A stretch of DNA of 64,000 bases, from assembly GCA_029717555.1 (NCBI GenBank), contig JAMDHS010000020.1, positions 186,001 to 250,000 on the forward strand. The letters are read 5' to 3'. The translations under genes were made by a program, and so were the position numbers. The stretch comes from Peribolospora baueri (lineage: Eukaryota). Shown here one piece after another: positions 24,700-37,263 of the stretch (position 1 is the first letter of the stretch; every line of letters begins with the position of its first letter). Below the pieces are notes generated by a model. That model searched no databases. It saw only the letters and a list, made by a program, of their open reading frames with translations, and had not been told where the DNA came from.

Positions 24700-27588
24700 A
24701 TGGGTCCCGTTAAACGTCGGCTGTCCGTGTCCGCACCGTCGGCTGCGCGCGGCAAACGTTGTCGTACAGGCGGAGGGGCGTCCATGGATTCACATGAGCA
24801 AGCGTCGCCCCTCATCTTCTCCCAAACGACGGCGATCACTCCAACAACATTCGACAGCGTCTTCTCCGACGAGGTCGTCCTGCGCATTTTTGAGCACTTG
24901 CGCGCCACCGATTTGGTCACGGCGCAGATGGTCAACCGGCGTTGGGCGAGGCTCGCCACCGATCAGCAGGTCAGTTAGAAGGCGCTCCCTCGCCGTCGCC
25001 CTCGCGCATGCGCTCATCTTTCTATACTACCTCTTCTTATTGCTATTTGTTGCAAGCAGTTATGGAAAAAGCTCTTCCTGCGCAAATTTGTGTATCCCTA
25101 CTTGCATGCCAAGCACATGCCCACGCTTGCCGGGCTCAACTCCCTCCTAGGTCGATCTGCAGCCCTTTCCAACCGCGCCATCGCTGGTCTGCCTAGGAGA
25201 TATCAGCGACAACATCATATCAAGCCTTTTTATGACGAGGAGGCGCTTTTGAGGGGGAGGGCACTCAGGCGGCGCACCGATCGCGGAGCTCGGAATGGGG
25301 AGCAGGTTTCCGCCGAGTCCGACGCTGATGAAGAGTTGGACGAGGAGGAGGTAAGGCATGACGGTCTGCACTGGAAGAGCCTTTACAAGGTGAGATTTCC
25401 CCATATGCTTTGAGAATACGTCCAGAGAATTCTTACACGTTTCCCATTTTCCCCCGATCTCAGGTCTCAACGAACTGGCAGAAGGGGAACGTCGCCGTTT
25501 CCGAGTTGTACCCGAAACAGCTGCGGCCACAACCTCGATGGCGACAGATGATGAGCACATCTGAGGAGTCTTCGTCCGAAGCCGAATCCTCTCCTGGCCC
25601 GTCCACTTCTCTCGCCCATCGACCTCATGGGACGCCCCATCCCGCTGAAGACGTGGGATCCCATCGGCCGGACACCATCGTACAAGCTTCGTCGCGCTTC
25701 ATTTTTGTCGCCACTCGTTCGACGCCGCCGGGTGCGCCTCCCAGCCGTAACCCTAGCGTGCAAGTATTCCGAGCTCAATTCGCAGAAGCTATCGGCAGCC
25801 TTGTCTCCAATACGGTCGCGTCTTCAGTTTCCGCGACTGTGACTATATCCGATATTCGCATAGACGCCGCCATTTCGACTCCCAAATGGAGCTCTGGTAC
25901 CTTATCAACCATCGCGGAGGAGAGAGGCAAGGGCAAGGCGAAAGCTACCGAAGTTCAAGCTGAGGACGACTCCGATCTACGTTTGGCCGTGAGCTACTCG
26001 ACAGGTCACATCTCCATCTTCAAGCTTGCTTTCTCCAGCACAGGACAAGATGTTATTCCGTCCATGCACTACGAGGAAGAGGCTGTGTTTCATCCATCCG
26101 TTGGACGCCACGGCTCGTCGACGACAATAATGTCCGCTTTCCATTCGCCTCTGCTCGTGACGTGTAGCGAGGATTTCTCCATGTCGATCTTTCGACTGCG
26201 TTCGCTCGCCGACGCCGAGGATAGCCTTTCTTCAAGGACAGTGATTGAGCTAGTCCGCGATATGCGGAGTTTTACAAGCTGGTGGCCCGCCTGCCTTTCG
26301 TTGTGCCCGATCCCGGTGCGGAGCGTTCCGAAGCGTCGACGAGGTTCGAGCGCCGCACCCTCTCGATCTCGCTCTCGCTCTTCATCGCGAAGCCGTCAAC
26401 GTTCGACTCTTCATCTCATCACCCACCGCGCTCGTCAGCGGTTCCCCTTGGTCGCGCCGTCCGCTCCCTCGCAAACGTCGATGTCTGCTGATCCCGGGCC
26501 AGCTGGGGCTCGTTCACATGCAAGCAGGGTCGGAGCTGTCGCTTCGGGGTGCGCTTTCAGACTGTCCATCGCCTTCTCGACACCCTTGTACCCCTCTTCC
26601 TGGACGGTAGGGCTACAAGAACTCGTCATCCGTATCCCGTCAGACGATGTACAGGATTGGTCTCCAACCATCTCTAGCCGGCACGCCACTGCCGTCCAAA
26701 GCTTCTTTCACACGCCCATAGACAATATCGGACGGCGCTTGTTTAAGGGCAGGCCCGAGTTCTTCAAGGCGCCACCTTTGCCCTGGCGCACTGAAAGGAG
26801 GTATCAAGGCACTCGTGACTTGCTGGCCGAGAGAACAGGAAACAGGGTCACCTCTGTGTCCTACGATGACCCATTCATTGTTCTGGCTCGCGAGGACAAT
26901 CTGCTCGAGGTGAGTTTGCTTCACCAAGATGAAGCGATTCGACGACATTATGTGCGACTGACACGAAGATTTCCAACTCTAGGTCTACGAGGTCAGCGGC
27001 ACTACGAAAGAGGTTTTCTTGTCTGCCTCTCATCGTAGCTCGCGACCATCAACGGCTACAACGACGCCTTCGACCGGCTCTCAGCTGCGTTTGACACATC
27101 GCAAACTACTCCACGGGCACACGGGTGCCGTCGACTGCGTGGCGATGGAAGAGGGGCGGTGCGTGAGCGGAGGCGCGGACGGCTGTCTGATGGTATGGGA
27201 TCTGAGCGAGCGACAGAATGCCGATCAGGAGGAGGAGGAAGACGAGGAGGAGAGAAGACGCTGGCGCGCACCGAGCCTCAGCGTATTTGAGGAGGAGGAA
27301 GAAGACCGACGGGCGGCGGAGAGGTCTGACGACGTCCGACACGTCGTAACCCTTAGAACTCCGACGAATGTCAGCGGTGGCGAGCTCGCCGGCGCCGCAG
27401 GGGACGTGAGTGGGCCACCGAGCCTGCGCGACTTGTTCCGCCACGACGACAAACCGCAACGCGTGCGATGGTTGCAAACTGGCTTCGACAAGATCGTCAG
27501 CGTCTCTTCCGATCGCACCGATTACAGCCCGGGCCAGGATGGGAAGCCGGCCAGGGAATATGTGCACGTGTGGAGTTTCGCCAGTTGA
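24700..27588 (+). CDS. F-box protein with C-terminal WD40-like repeats
   Basis: F-box FDSVFSDEVVLRIFEHL..MVNRRWARLATDQQ|LWKKLF, then HWKSLYK|VSTNWQKG. WD repeat LHGHTGAVDCV..CVSGGADG.LMVWDL. Ends VHVWSFAS*. Confidence 0.8.
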
Positions 27589-28199
27589 GCGAGCACGGCC
27601 GATTTGCTCGGTTGCTTGACCTCCAGGCCTACGTCTAGCCCGGCTTGATCCACACAGGTTGGACTTGGCGGGCGAGGTAAAATGGCGAATCGTGGGAGGC
27701 TTGCCCACCGCGGCAACGCTTGGATGCTTTGCCGAGCTGGATCATGAACTTTTTGAGGCGGACCATGGGGCGACGGCGCACGGACCACTCCCGCCATGTC
27801 AAGCGGCCGCCGATGCCTCGTTGCCGTCATCGAGGCCGAACGCCGATCAAAGCGGCACCGTTCGGGTCGTCCCTTGCTTCTGCGCGCACCTGCAGGGAAG
27901 ACAAGACGTACCGTTTCCAGATTTGACCCCGCCGTGATTCTAGGTCAAAGGGGGAAGGGAAGGGGACATTTTCGAGAGCAAGATTTGGGTCCGAAACCGG
28001 CGCTGGGCGGAGGCAGGCGAAGGAGGTAGGATGAAGGTGGACGGGGAAAGACGAGGAGCGGGCAGGGAGATGGGCAGGACCGCGTGTGGGCTGGTATAGT
28101 GGGCGGGCCATACATAGTATGGGACAAAGTCGGTGGCCATGGCCGTGGGTGGCCGTTCGAAGAAGAGACGGGCGAATGTAGTGTAGCGTCCACGAGACC

Positions 28200-29100
28200 A
28201 CATCACATCTCCTCCCTATCAGTCATCTATCTATCTATCCATCCGTCATCCATCCATTTCGCATCCACGTGCCCAACCAACCAAGCCCGCACGCACGCAC
28301 GTCCATCGATCACGACGACGACGTCGCATTTCGAAACTAAAAACGAGTGAACGGTCAGACGGAGGGGACAAAGACCTTCGAGCACTTTGGCACTTCCTAA
28401 GAGAAATAAAAAAGGTCGGAAACGGAAGCGAAGCGGAACGGAACGGAAGCTGGAAAGAGCTTTATAAGGGCGTGACAAGAGAGAGAAATACACACAGAGA
28501 GAGAGAGAGGCGGATTTGTTTGGTTTGGACCGGACCGGAGCGCATTGCATTGCATTGTATTGCATTTCTTTGCATGGGACGCGGCGGCGGTAAGCGCTCG
28601 GCTCGGGCCTGGTTGGGGAAGGAGGAACGGTGTCGATGACTTATGGACGAACGGACGGTCGGACGGACGGACGGGTTAGAGAGATGAAAAGGATAACAAG
28701 ACATAAATTTTCCAAGCACGTTCGTCTCGTGTTCCCATGAGCAAGAGCTGAGCTGAAGCTGAGCTGAGATGACATGAACAAGACATGGACGACGAGACAC
28801 GCTGCGTCTCTGCCCGTCCCCTCCCCTTGACCCTTGCTTGACCTCATCCCCCCTTGTGCCTGTCTTCCCTTCTCTCCTTGAAGGAAGGAAGCCGACGCGT
28901 CTGTCCGCACGCCGCGTTTACCGGGATGTGCTCGATGGATGGATGGATGACGAATAGATGGATGGATGGATGATGATAGACGATGAATGGATGGATAAAG
29001 GATGTATCGATGGTGTATAGCGTGGGCAGGTCGGATGGATCCATCGGCCAGGGCGAGCGAACCAAGAACCGAACCAAACCAAACCAAACGGGACCACGTC
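28200..29100. repeat. Cluster of short simple repeats ((GGAT)n, (GCATT)n, (CCAAA)n, (GGAC)n) downstream of pyruvate kinase
   Basis: Directly visible, e.g. 28541-28566, 28935-28970 and 29073-29088. Confidence 0.7.
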
Positions 29101-29102
29101 GC

Positions 29103-31500
29103 TCAGGTCGGGCGGAGGGCAAAGTCGTTTTCGGCCGTGGGCACGGAGAGGATGCGGAGGCTGGCGGGGCATGACAAAAAAGCGAAGAGGGTGAGTGAGA
29201 CGACGAGGACAAAAAAAAAAGAAAGCTCGGATCGACGCTCACGTGTTGGTGTGACCCAGGCCGCCCTTCCAGCCCTGAACAGCAATCACGGTGGCGCCCT
29301 TCTTGACGATGCCGAGCTTGAGCGCCTCGGCAAGGCCAAAGCGGATTCGGTTGTCCACGTCGGTCTGCCAGCCCTCGTTGTTGTCCGGTCTCGGTTCGTT
29401 GTAGAAGAGCGGGTAGCAGCCGCGGTGGAGGTGGGTGACGCGCGCGACTGCCCTGTTGCGCGTCACAACGAGGATCGGGCAGCTCGGCCGGTACTTGCTC
29501 ACCATGCGGGCCGTGTTGCCGGACGTGGACATAAGCAGGATCGCGCCGGCGTTCTGCTCCAGTGACGCGGACACGGCCGCCATGGCGATCGTCTCCGTCG
29601 TCTCGGTGGGGACCGGAGCGAGGCTGCGCAGCTCGTTGTAGTTGGCCGTATAGGCGATGCTTTGCTCGGCCAGGTATGCGGTCTCGGCCATCATCGTCAC
29701 CGCCTCGGTCGGGTAGGCGCCCTTGGCCGTCTCACCGGAGAGCATCACGCAGTCGGCGCCGTCCAGGACGGCGTTGGCCACATCGGACACCTCGGCGCGC
29801 GTCGGGCGGTTGTTGTGGATCATCGACTCGAGCATCTGGGTGGCGCAGATGACCGGCTTGCCGGCGATGTTGCTTTGCGTGGAGGGGAAAGGGGAGCGTT
29901 CCAAAGGCTTGTCAGCACTCGAGGAAACGAATCGAGAGGACTATCGAGCCGCTCGAAGGGATCACAAAGACAAAAGATACGTCGGCAGATCGCCCCCTCG
30001 GGGAAACGATCCGGTAATAGGGAACAAAGACGAATCCTCTCCGTCAACGGGCCGGCTCCGACCGACCGCCCTCCACAACCGACTCACCACTTGGCAATCA
30101 TCATCTTCTGCGCCATGAACACCTGGCTGGCGGGGATCTCGATGCCAAGGTCGCCCCTGGCGACCATGATCCCGTCGGACTCTTTGAGGATCTCGTCAAA
30201 GTTGTACACGCCCTGGTGGTTCTCGATCTTGGAGATGATGCGGATGTGGGCGCCCTTCTCGCCGAGGATGGAGCGGATGGTGCGGACATCGTCGCCGCGA
30301 CGGATGAAGGAGGCAAAGATCATGTCCACGTTCTGCTCCACACCAAAGAGCAGATCCTGCCTGTCCTTCTCCGAGATGGCGGGCAGGTCGACGTCAGTGA
30401 GAGGCAAGTTGACGCCTTTCTTGGACGAGAGCACGCCGTTGTTGGCGCACCGCACGCGGACCATCGTGTCGGACTCGACGGCCAGAACCTCGAGGGACTG
30501 TCAGGGAGGAAAGAAGGGGAGCGATGATGAGGCGATCATCGACGAGGGGGAAGAAAAAAGGAAGAGAGGACGCACGAGAATGCCGTCATCGACGTAAATG
30601 ACGCGACCGGGCTCGACCTTCTTGGGCAGGTTCTTGTAGTCGACGTAGAGGTGCTTGTCGTCGGAAGCCTGAGCGTACTTGTCGTCGGTGGTGACGTAAA
30701 ACTCGTGGCCGATCTTGACGGGGATCTGCAGGGGAAGGGGAGCGGAGAGATGAGCGCGGACTCTTACACGGTCCTCCCTGGAGGGGCACTCACATCCTTG
30801 CCATCGACGATCATACCCGTTCGCATCTCCGGACCCTTGGTGTCAAGAGCGATGGCGAGAGGGCGGCCCTGGGGAGCATCTGGCGAGCCGAGTCGAAACG
30901 TGACATGACAGAGGCAGGCAGGCGACGAAAGGAAAAAAAAAGATATGGCGAGGTCGCAAAGGCGAAAAGACAGACCGAACGTGAGTCGGACGGTTGTCGA
31001 AGAAAGCCGAACGAGCAAAAAAAAAAAGAAGGAAAAAAGGAGAAAGAGGAAGCAAAGTCAGACCTCTCAACTTGATTCGCTTGGCCGCACGCTGCCCCTC
31101 GTCCTCCGCGCCGTTAGCGGACGAAGAGGGAGGAGCGTCGGCGTCGGCGTAGGAGACGGGCTCACCGGCCACGACCTTGTGGGCGTTATCGACGACGGAC
31201 TTGAAGTACTCGTGCGAGCCGTGGGAGCAATTGATGCGAACGATGTTCATACCCGCCTTGCGGAGGGCGGCCATGGACTCGACACTGTTGGTCTTGGGGC
31301 CGATGGTGGCGATGATCGAGCTGCAAGGCGGGGGGGATATAATATTTAAATGAGCGCGACGTCGTACGAGATCGGTTGGGAGGCTCTAGAGCGAGAGGTT
31401 GTACGCACGTCTTGCGGAGGAACTTGTTGTTCATGTCGTGGTCGAGCGGGTTGAGCGTGGCGAGCCACTCGAGCTGGGACTTCGCGTTTGTGGTGATCAT
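29103..31500 (-). CDS. PYK1: Pyruvate kinase
   Basis: [69 protein letters not shown]. Last exon [18 protein letters not shown] follows intron ~29161-29242. Confidence 0.98.
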
Positions 31501-32526
31501 GTTGGGCGTGGAGGTCTGGTTGACTTGCAGGTGGTTTTTCTTTCGAGGGCGACGGAAGGATCGGCGGGGGGCCGAGGAGGAGAAGGAAGAGGAGGGGGAG
31601 GGTTAGGAGGAGGAGGAGGGTTAGGAGGAGGAGGAGGAAGAAGAAGAAGAAGAAGATGGTGGTGGGCGAGAAGAAAGGAGGTGAAGGTTTGAAATGCGCC
31701 GAGTGGTCGTTGGTTTGTTGGCTGGTTTGTTGGCTGGTTGGTGGGTTGGCTGGCTGGCTGGCTGATGGGTGTCGATCATTATTATTGGTCGGCCAGGTCG
31801 ACGCCCACTCACTCCTCCCTTCCTCACTCCTTGCTTCCTTCCTCCATCCATCCTCACTTCTTCTTTCTTCTCGCCGGGCCGTCACAGAAAAAAACGCGGT
31901 GCTGCCGCAGCCACCAACACCCCAACGTGCGCGCCCTCCCCGTCCGTCCGTCCATCCCGTCCATCCGCGGGCGGTCTTCCTACTTGTCTCTCTTCTCTCT
32001 TTTCTCTGTCTTGTCGGTTCGGGGGGCGATCGACGGAGGCGGATAGAGATCCGATCAGGCGCGCTGGCTGGGCAGCCGCCAGCCGATCAGTTGCCGGAAT
32101 GGACGATGACATAAGCTGGCCCGCTGTCGATGGCAGACACGGCGAGGGCGAGGGCGACCGAGACGGCGACCGAGACGGGTGAGGGAGACGGTGCAAGCGT
32201 GGGAGAGCCGAGCTGGACAACACCAACGAAAACGGCGACCGCCGAGGAACGTGGGTCGGCCAGCTCGTGGTACACCAACCAGCCAAGGGAATCGATTGAC
32301 GAACGGACGAACGGACGGGCTAGCTAGTTGCCTACGTGCCTTTCTCTCCCGCCCCGACCGCACCGACCGTCTTTCGAACATGCGAGCCGCGCGTGCGTGC
32401 GTGTCATGTCATGTCATGACTTGAGATGATGAGATGAATGAGATGATGGGAGAGCGATCGATCGGGATGTAATGATGTAGGATAGGAAACGAAGGAAGGA
32501 AGAAAGGAACGGACGAACGAACGACG

Positions 32527-32560
32527 CAAAAAAAAAAAAGAAAAAAAAAAAAAAAAAAAG
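32527..32560. repeat. Poly(A) tract between the pyruvate kinase and transporter genes
   Basis: About 33 nt of nearly uninterrupted A. Confidence 0.8.
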
Positions 32561-33063
32561 AAGACGACCGGTTCTCGCCAAGACGTTCGTTCGTCAGACG
32601 AAAGCGGCATAAAAAATTCCACACCGAATGAAACGGACGACCACCACGTCTTTCCTCCCACACAGCCGCCTCAGAACAGCTTCCTCTCCCTCGGCCCATC
32701 CGACCGACCGGAAAGCGCCGCCGCCTCATCCTCCTCCTCATCCTCGTACAAGCCCTCCTGTCCTCGCTCCTCCTCCCCGCCCTCCGAATCCCCGTCAGCG
32801 CCAACGACGACAAACTGCGCCCCCAGCTCGCTCTCCTCCTCCAGCCGCAGATGCTGCTCCTGCTGCGGGGGAGGAGGGCGATCGTGGAGAACAGAAGGAG
32901 TGGGAGGAGAAGGCAGTGATCGTGCTGGCTCCCGTCGTCGGCCTCGCCGTCGTCTTCGTCGATGTCGTCGCCGGTCCGGCTCGCCAGAGAGAGCGTCTTC
33001 CTCCTCCTCCTCGCGCTCTCCCGTCCTCGACAGCCGACGCAGAGGGATCGGAGGGCCGTGTCC

Positions 33064-36000
33064 CTAGTCGTCCTCTCCGCCTCTGCACGACGGTGAGACA
33101 AAGAAGAAAAAGGAACGAGTCGCGAGTGGTCAACGCGAATCCACCGCGACGCTAAAGCCAACCGACAACTCACCGAAGAGGCTCATAAGTCTCTCTCTCC
33201 TCCGGCCTCTTCCCTCGGCCCATCAGACGATCCCACCACCCCCTCGCATTCGATGCCAGACCGTCCGCGCTCGACCGCCTCTTGCCCGCCCCATCGCTTT
33301 CCCTTCTCGTTTCCGTATACGACCCTCGCGAGCCCGATGCGCCCGGGCGCTCAACGGAGCCGTCGCGTGAGACCGAGCGGGAGACGGAGCCGGTGCCGGT
33401 GCCAGAGCCCGACAGCAGCGACTCGCTCTCATCGATCAAGTCCTCCTCGTCCTCGTCCTCGTCGCCGTCCTCCTCGTCCTCGGCCGCTTGGTCGCCGAAC
33501 AGCTCGTCCATCTCTTCCAGAGGCACACCCTTCGTCTCTCTGCAGCCCATGACAGGACGGACGGACGGTAAGTCACCATCAAACCTCGATCTTCCGACCC
33601 ACCACCACATCCGCACTCACGGGTAAGTGAAGTAAACGACGAGGAAAGAACAGCAACAGAAGAAAGCGTGCATCAGGTACAGTCGCCAGCCGATGGCGTC
33701 CCTCAGCGGAGGCGTGATCTCGCCGACGACCTAAGTCGAGCGTGCGTGCGACGACGAGTGTCAGTCAATCTCGTCTTCTCTCTCCTTCCCCGTGTTTGGA
33801 GATGGGCTCGCCATGACGCTCACCCAGTTGGCGAACCAGTTCGTGCCGGTCGAGATGGAAACGGCCTGCGCGCGGAAGGGTAAAGGCATGATCTCCGGAG
33901 GCAGGAGCCATGGGATGGGACCCCATCTGACACGTACGGAGCAGCAGCGCGGAAAGAGGGTTAGATGCTGGTCGAATTCACACCGCCGTGTCCCATCCCA
34001 TCCGTTCCTCCCCGACAGCACCACCATCACTCACGAGTATCCGAAGGCGGCGTTGTAGATGATTACGCAGAGCACGACTGCATGTGGTGTGTATGGCTCG
34101 TCCAGGAAGATAAACCACCCGGTGAGGGCCAGCGGGATGGCCATAAAGACGGCGCCGGAAAGAAGAATCGGACGACGGCCCCAAATGTCGACGAGATACC
34201 AGGTGGGGATGGTGGAGAGCACGTAGATGATGCCGTTGATGCCCGTCATGAACACCGCGTCTCTGCCGATCCAGCCTGCGGATTCGAAGACGAGCGGGGC
34301 GTAGTACGAAATGACGTTGATGCCGTTCTGGAGGGACGGGGAGGGCGTGAAAGGGAGAACGTCGAGAGGCGGACGGTCAGACCACGATACCGCACGCGGC
34401 CGAGCGAGCAGTGTCGCTCACCAGTTGTGCAAAAAACATGCTGGACATGGCAATGAGAACGCGGCTCTTGTACCGCTTCCACATCGACTTGTAGCTACGG
34501 TCGCCGACGGCTCGCTATCAGAAGAGAAGGAAGATGGTTAAACGAGGACTCGACCGGGCAGATGGACGGTGACCGCGCGACGTCGGCACAGAACGTCGAT
34601 TCGCGCTGCACACTTACCGACGCAAGCACGTTCTCCTTGACTGGAAGAGGAACACGAGCCCGATCAAAGAAACAGCGTGGCAAACAAAGTGAGGCGAAAA
34701 CGTCCTGTCATTAGTTACGTCCATCCTCATAACCATTATCCTCCTCCTCGCCCCGCCTCGCTCACTGCTTACTTACTCTCTCTAAACTCCTCCTTGGCCT
34801 TGGGATGATCGATGCGCCCGCCACCGTGAAGGTCAGCAAGAACAACCATGCCCTCCTCATCTCTGTCCGTGTCGAGCAGCCATCGAGGGCTCTCGGGAAG
34901 GAGGACAGAGCCAAAGGCGAGAATACCGCCGATAAAACATTGGATGGAAAGGGGGATGCGCCAGGAGAGGTCGGAACTGATGAAGGAGCAGCCGTAATCG
35001 ACCCACTGTGCATGAACGGAGTAAAGAAGCCCGCCGCGTGCCCGGCGCAATTAAATTGGGGTTCTCGCACGATGGCCAGGTCCCGGCGCGACTCACCACC
35101 GAAGAGCAGTAGCCGATAATGTTGCCAGTGAACTCTATACAGGCCAGCTTTCCACGCTGTTCGTTTCACAAAAATAAATCGCGCATGTCGGCGTGGTCAG
35201 CAGGCGGGAGCGGTAAGCGGCCGAAAAGAGGATGTCAAGAGAGATCAGGATAGAACAAAAGGACACTCACATGTTCGGCGGGAGAAATCTCAGACTGATA
35301 AATAGGGACAATCATACTGCGGGGAGGGCCAGAGTAGTGGGAGCAAAGTAGACAGCAACGCGTATGAGGTCATCGGCTTCGAGTCCTGCCAGTCCCTTCT
35401 TTCGAAAGCATACCTTCCCCGTCCTCTTATCCTACCACTTACCTCAAAATTCCAACCCCAAACCCAGCTATGATCCTGCCAACGACCATGACCTGGAAGC
35501 CGGTAGCGGCGGTTTGGACAGCTCCACCGATGACAAAGATAGCAGCCCCGTAGAATAGGGTGCGGCGACGGCCGAGGATATCTGCAATTTTGCCGCATGC
35601 CAGAGAGGTGATCATGGCGCCGATTTCGAGGATAGCCACCTTGGTATTTCGAGGTTGGGTAGAGGCAATAACATTAGAGAGAATAGATAGATGGAGATGG
35701 AGAGTTGGCCCCGTTCGTGTGAAAAAAGGGTAAGGCGAGAGGATGGTGGGCAAGTCCAGACCGGCCGCTGAGGCCAGCTCACCATCGTACCCAGCTCGTA
35801 TGAAGTGGGCTGGTGAAAGTAGGCCTTGAAATACGGCCCGGTCAAGATGCCTGAAAGTGAGAAAAGGAAAGGAAGATGCCGTCAAGTCCAGCTTCAGAAT
35901 CCGACCAGTCCAAGCGGACAAGGCGTACAGGCTCAGGAGCTCACCAGACATGACACCTGAATGAAAGAAAATGCAACTCGAAAATGGTGAGAAGCTGCCG

Positions 36001-36306
36001 GGATAGATGGCGAGGATAGCGCAATAACCATGGGAGGCACTCACCTTGGTCATAACCAAACTGAGGGCCGAAAAACAACGAGCGGGTAGCAAGTTGGGGT
36101 CAGTTCCTCTGGCGCGACTTGCCAAACCGCTCTCTTCGCACGCGCTAGTGCAGCCACCACTAGAGTACCTGAAGATGACGGCCACTCACCAGGAACACTC
36201 CCAAGCTAGCAAAGCAGGAGATGAAGTAAAGCAGGTAGTTGCCGCGCAGGCCTAGCTTGGCCAAGGGCGAGGCTGCTACCTTTACCCTCGTCGGTTGGTG
36301 ATCCAT
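33064..36306 (-). CDS. MFS sugar porter family transporter; many introns, micro-exons
   Basis: FGYDQGVMSG is built from a 16-nt exon (36045-36060) and a 12-nt exon (35945-35956). Also DILGRR, PIYQSEISP, WRIPL, PESPRWL, WGPIPWL.PPEI and ETKGVPLEEMDELF. Final intron 33083-33173 gives YEPLRGGEDD*. Confidence 0.93.
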
Positions 36307-37049
36307 GGCGGGCGCGGAAGGAGAACTATAGTGATGGAGGGGACGGTGGTGCTCGTTGTCGTCGTCTTGACGGTGAGCCGGGCTATACAGATCACGTCAG
36401 GGAGAAGGGCGTGGGCGTCGTCGTTGCTCGATCACAGGGAAAAGGGGGGTGCGAGCGCGGGGTCGTAAGAGGGCGAGTAGAGGTGAGAAAAGAGAGCACA
36501 TGCAAACAACTGGTCGCCCGTCGTCCGTTCACTGCTGTCCCGGCCGCCTTGCTGTTCCCTAGATCCGGTATCGGGATTATGAGAGGTACAACAGCTCTTT
36601 TTGTCCGCCGGCGTGGTTGCTGGCCGGGAAGGACGAGCGTGATAGATCGCCGACGCGAAGGCGGCGCCGGGAGGGAGGCAGAGGGAGGGTATTGTACGTG
36701 CGGGGCCGGCGTGGTCAACCTGGAGTGCGTTGAGAAGAGAAGTCGTCTCCGAGGGGTAAGAGAGGAGATGGAGAAGGATGGAACGGAATGGGAATGGGAA
36801 TGCGTTCACTCCTCCGGCTCGGTCACCCGACTGCCCAAGCGGGGAAAGCGGAGGTGGGCGCGGCTACTGTGCTGCGGCAGATCACGGGCGCGCGCCATTT
36901 GAACGATTATCCCTCCGCAGCCCACTTCAATTGCCGTCGTCATGGGGCGTCGGACTCAATAAAGGTCCATAGAGTACACGCTCTTCGATAGTACGTACGG
37001 TTTACGCATAGTCCGGCGCATACGCATACCTTTCCCTGCGCGACAGGCG

Positions 37050-37079
37050 GTGGGAAATCGGGGCGTCGCTCATTCCCAC
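37050..37079. promoter_or_regulatory. Head-to-head pair of CSL-type elements (GTGGGAA-N16-TTCCCAC)
   Basis: GTGGGAA at 37050-37056 and TTCCCAC at 37073-37079, ~185 bp upstream of the CSL gene ATG. Confidence 0.55.
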
Positions 37080-37263
37080 CATCGAACCTCCTTCGTCCCC
37101 ACGACCCGCAACACCGCCAACCCACAACGCAAGGCCGCGCCGGCGACCACTTGTTCTCGCGTCGGCCATCGCGGTCCGTCGTTCGCCGTTCGCCGGCGGC
37201 AGCGGATCTAGCCAGCTTGAGTCCAAATACACACGTTTCCCAGTGAGCGCGGCTGAACAGACG

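Noticed and set aside
29090..29105. Possible stop-codon readthrough to a cryptic PTS1 in pyruvate kinase
   Set aside because: The stop context is TGA GCG, not the TGA CTA readthrough motif. None of the other stops I checked has it.
29662..30597. 311-aa + strand ORF
   Set aside because: Antisense to pyruvate kinase. Explained by strong GC3 codon bias.
35857..35993. Additional GTGAGAA CSL-like matches in transporter introns
   Set aside because: They are the reverse complement of TTCTCAC branch-point/pyrimidine sequence, so they are expected in minus-strand introns.
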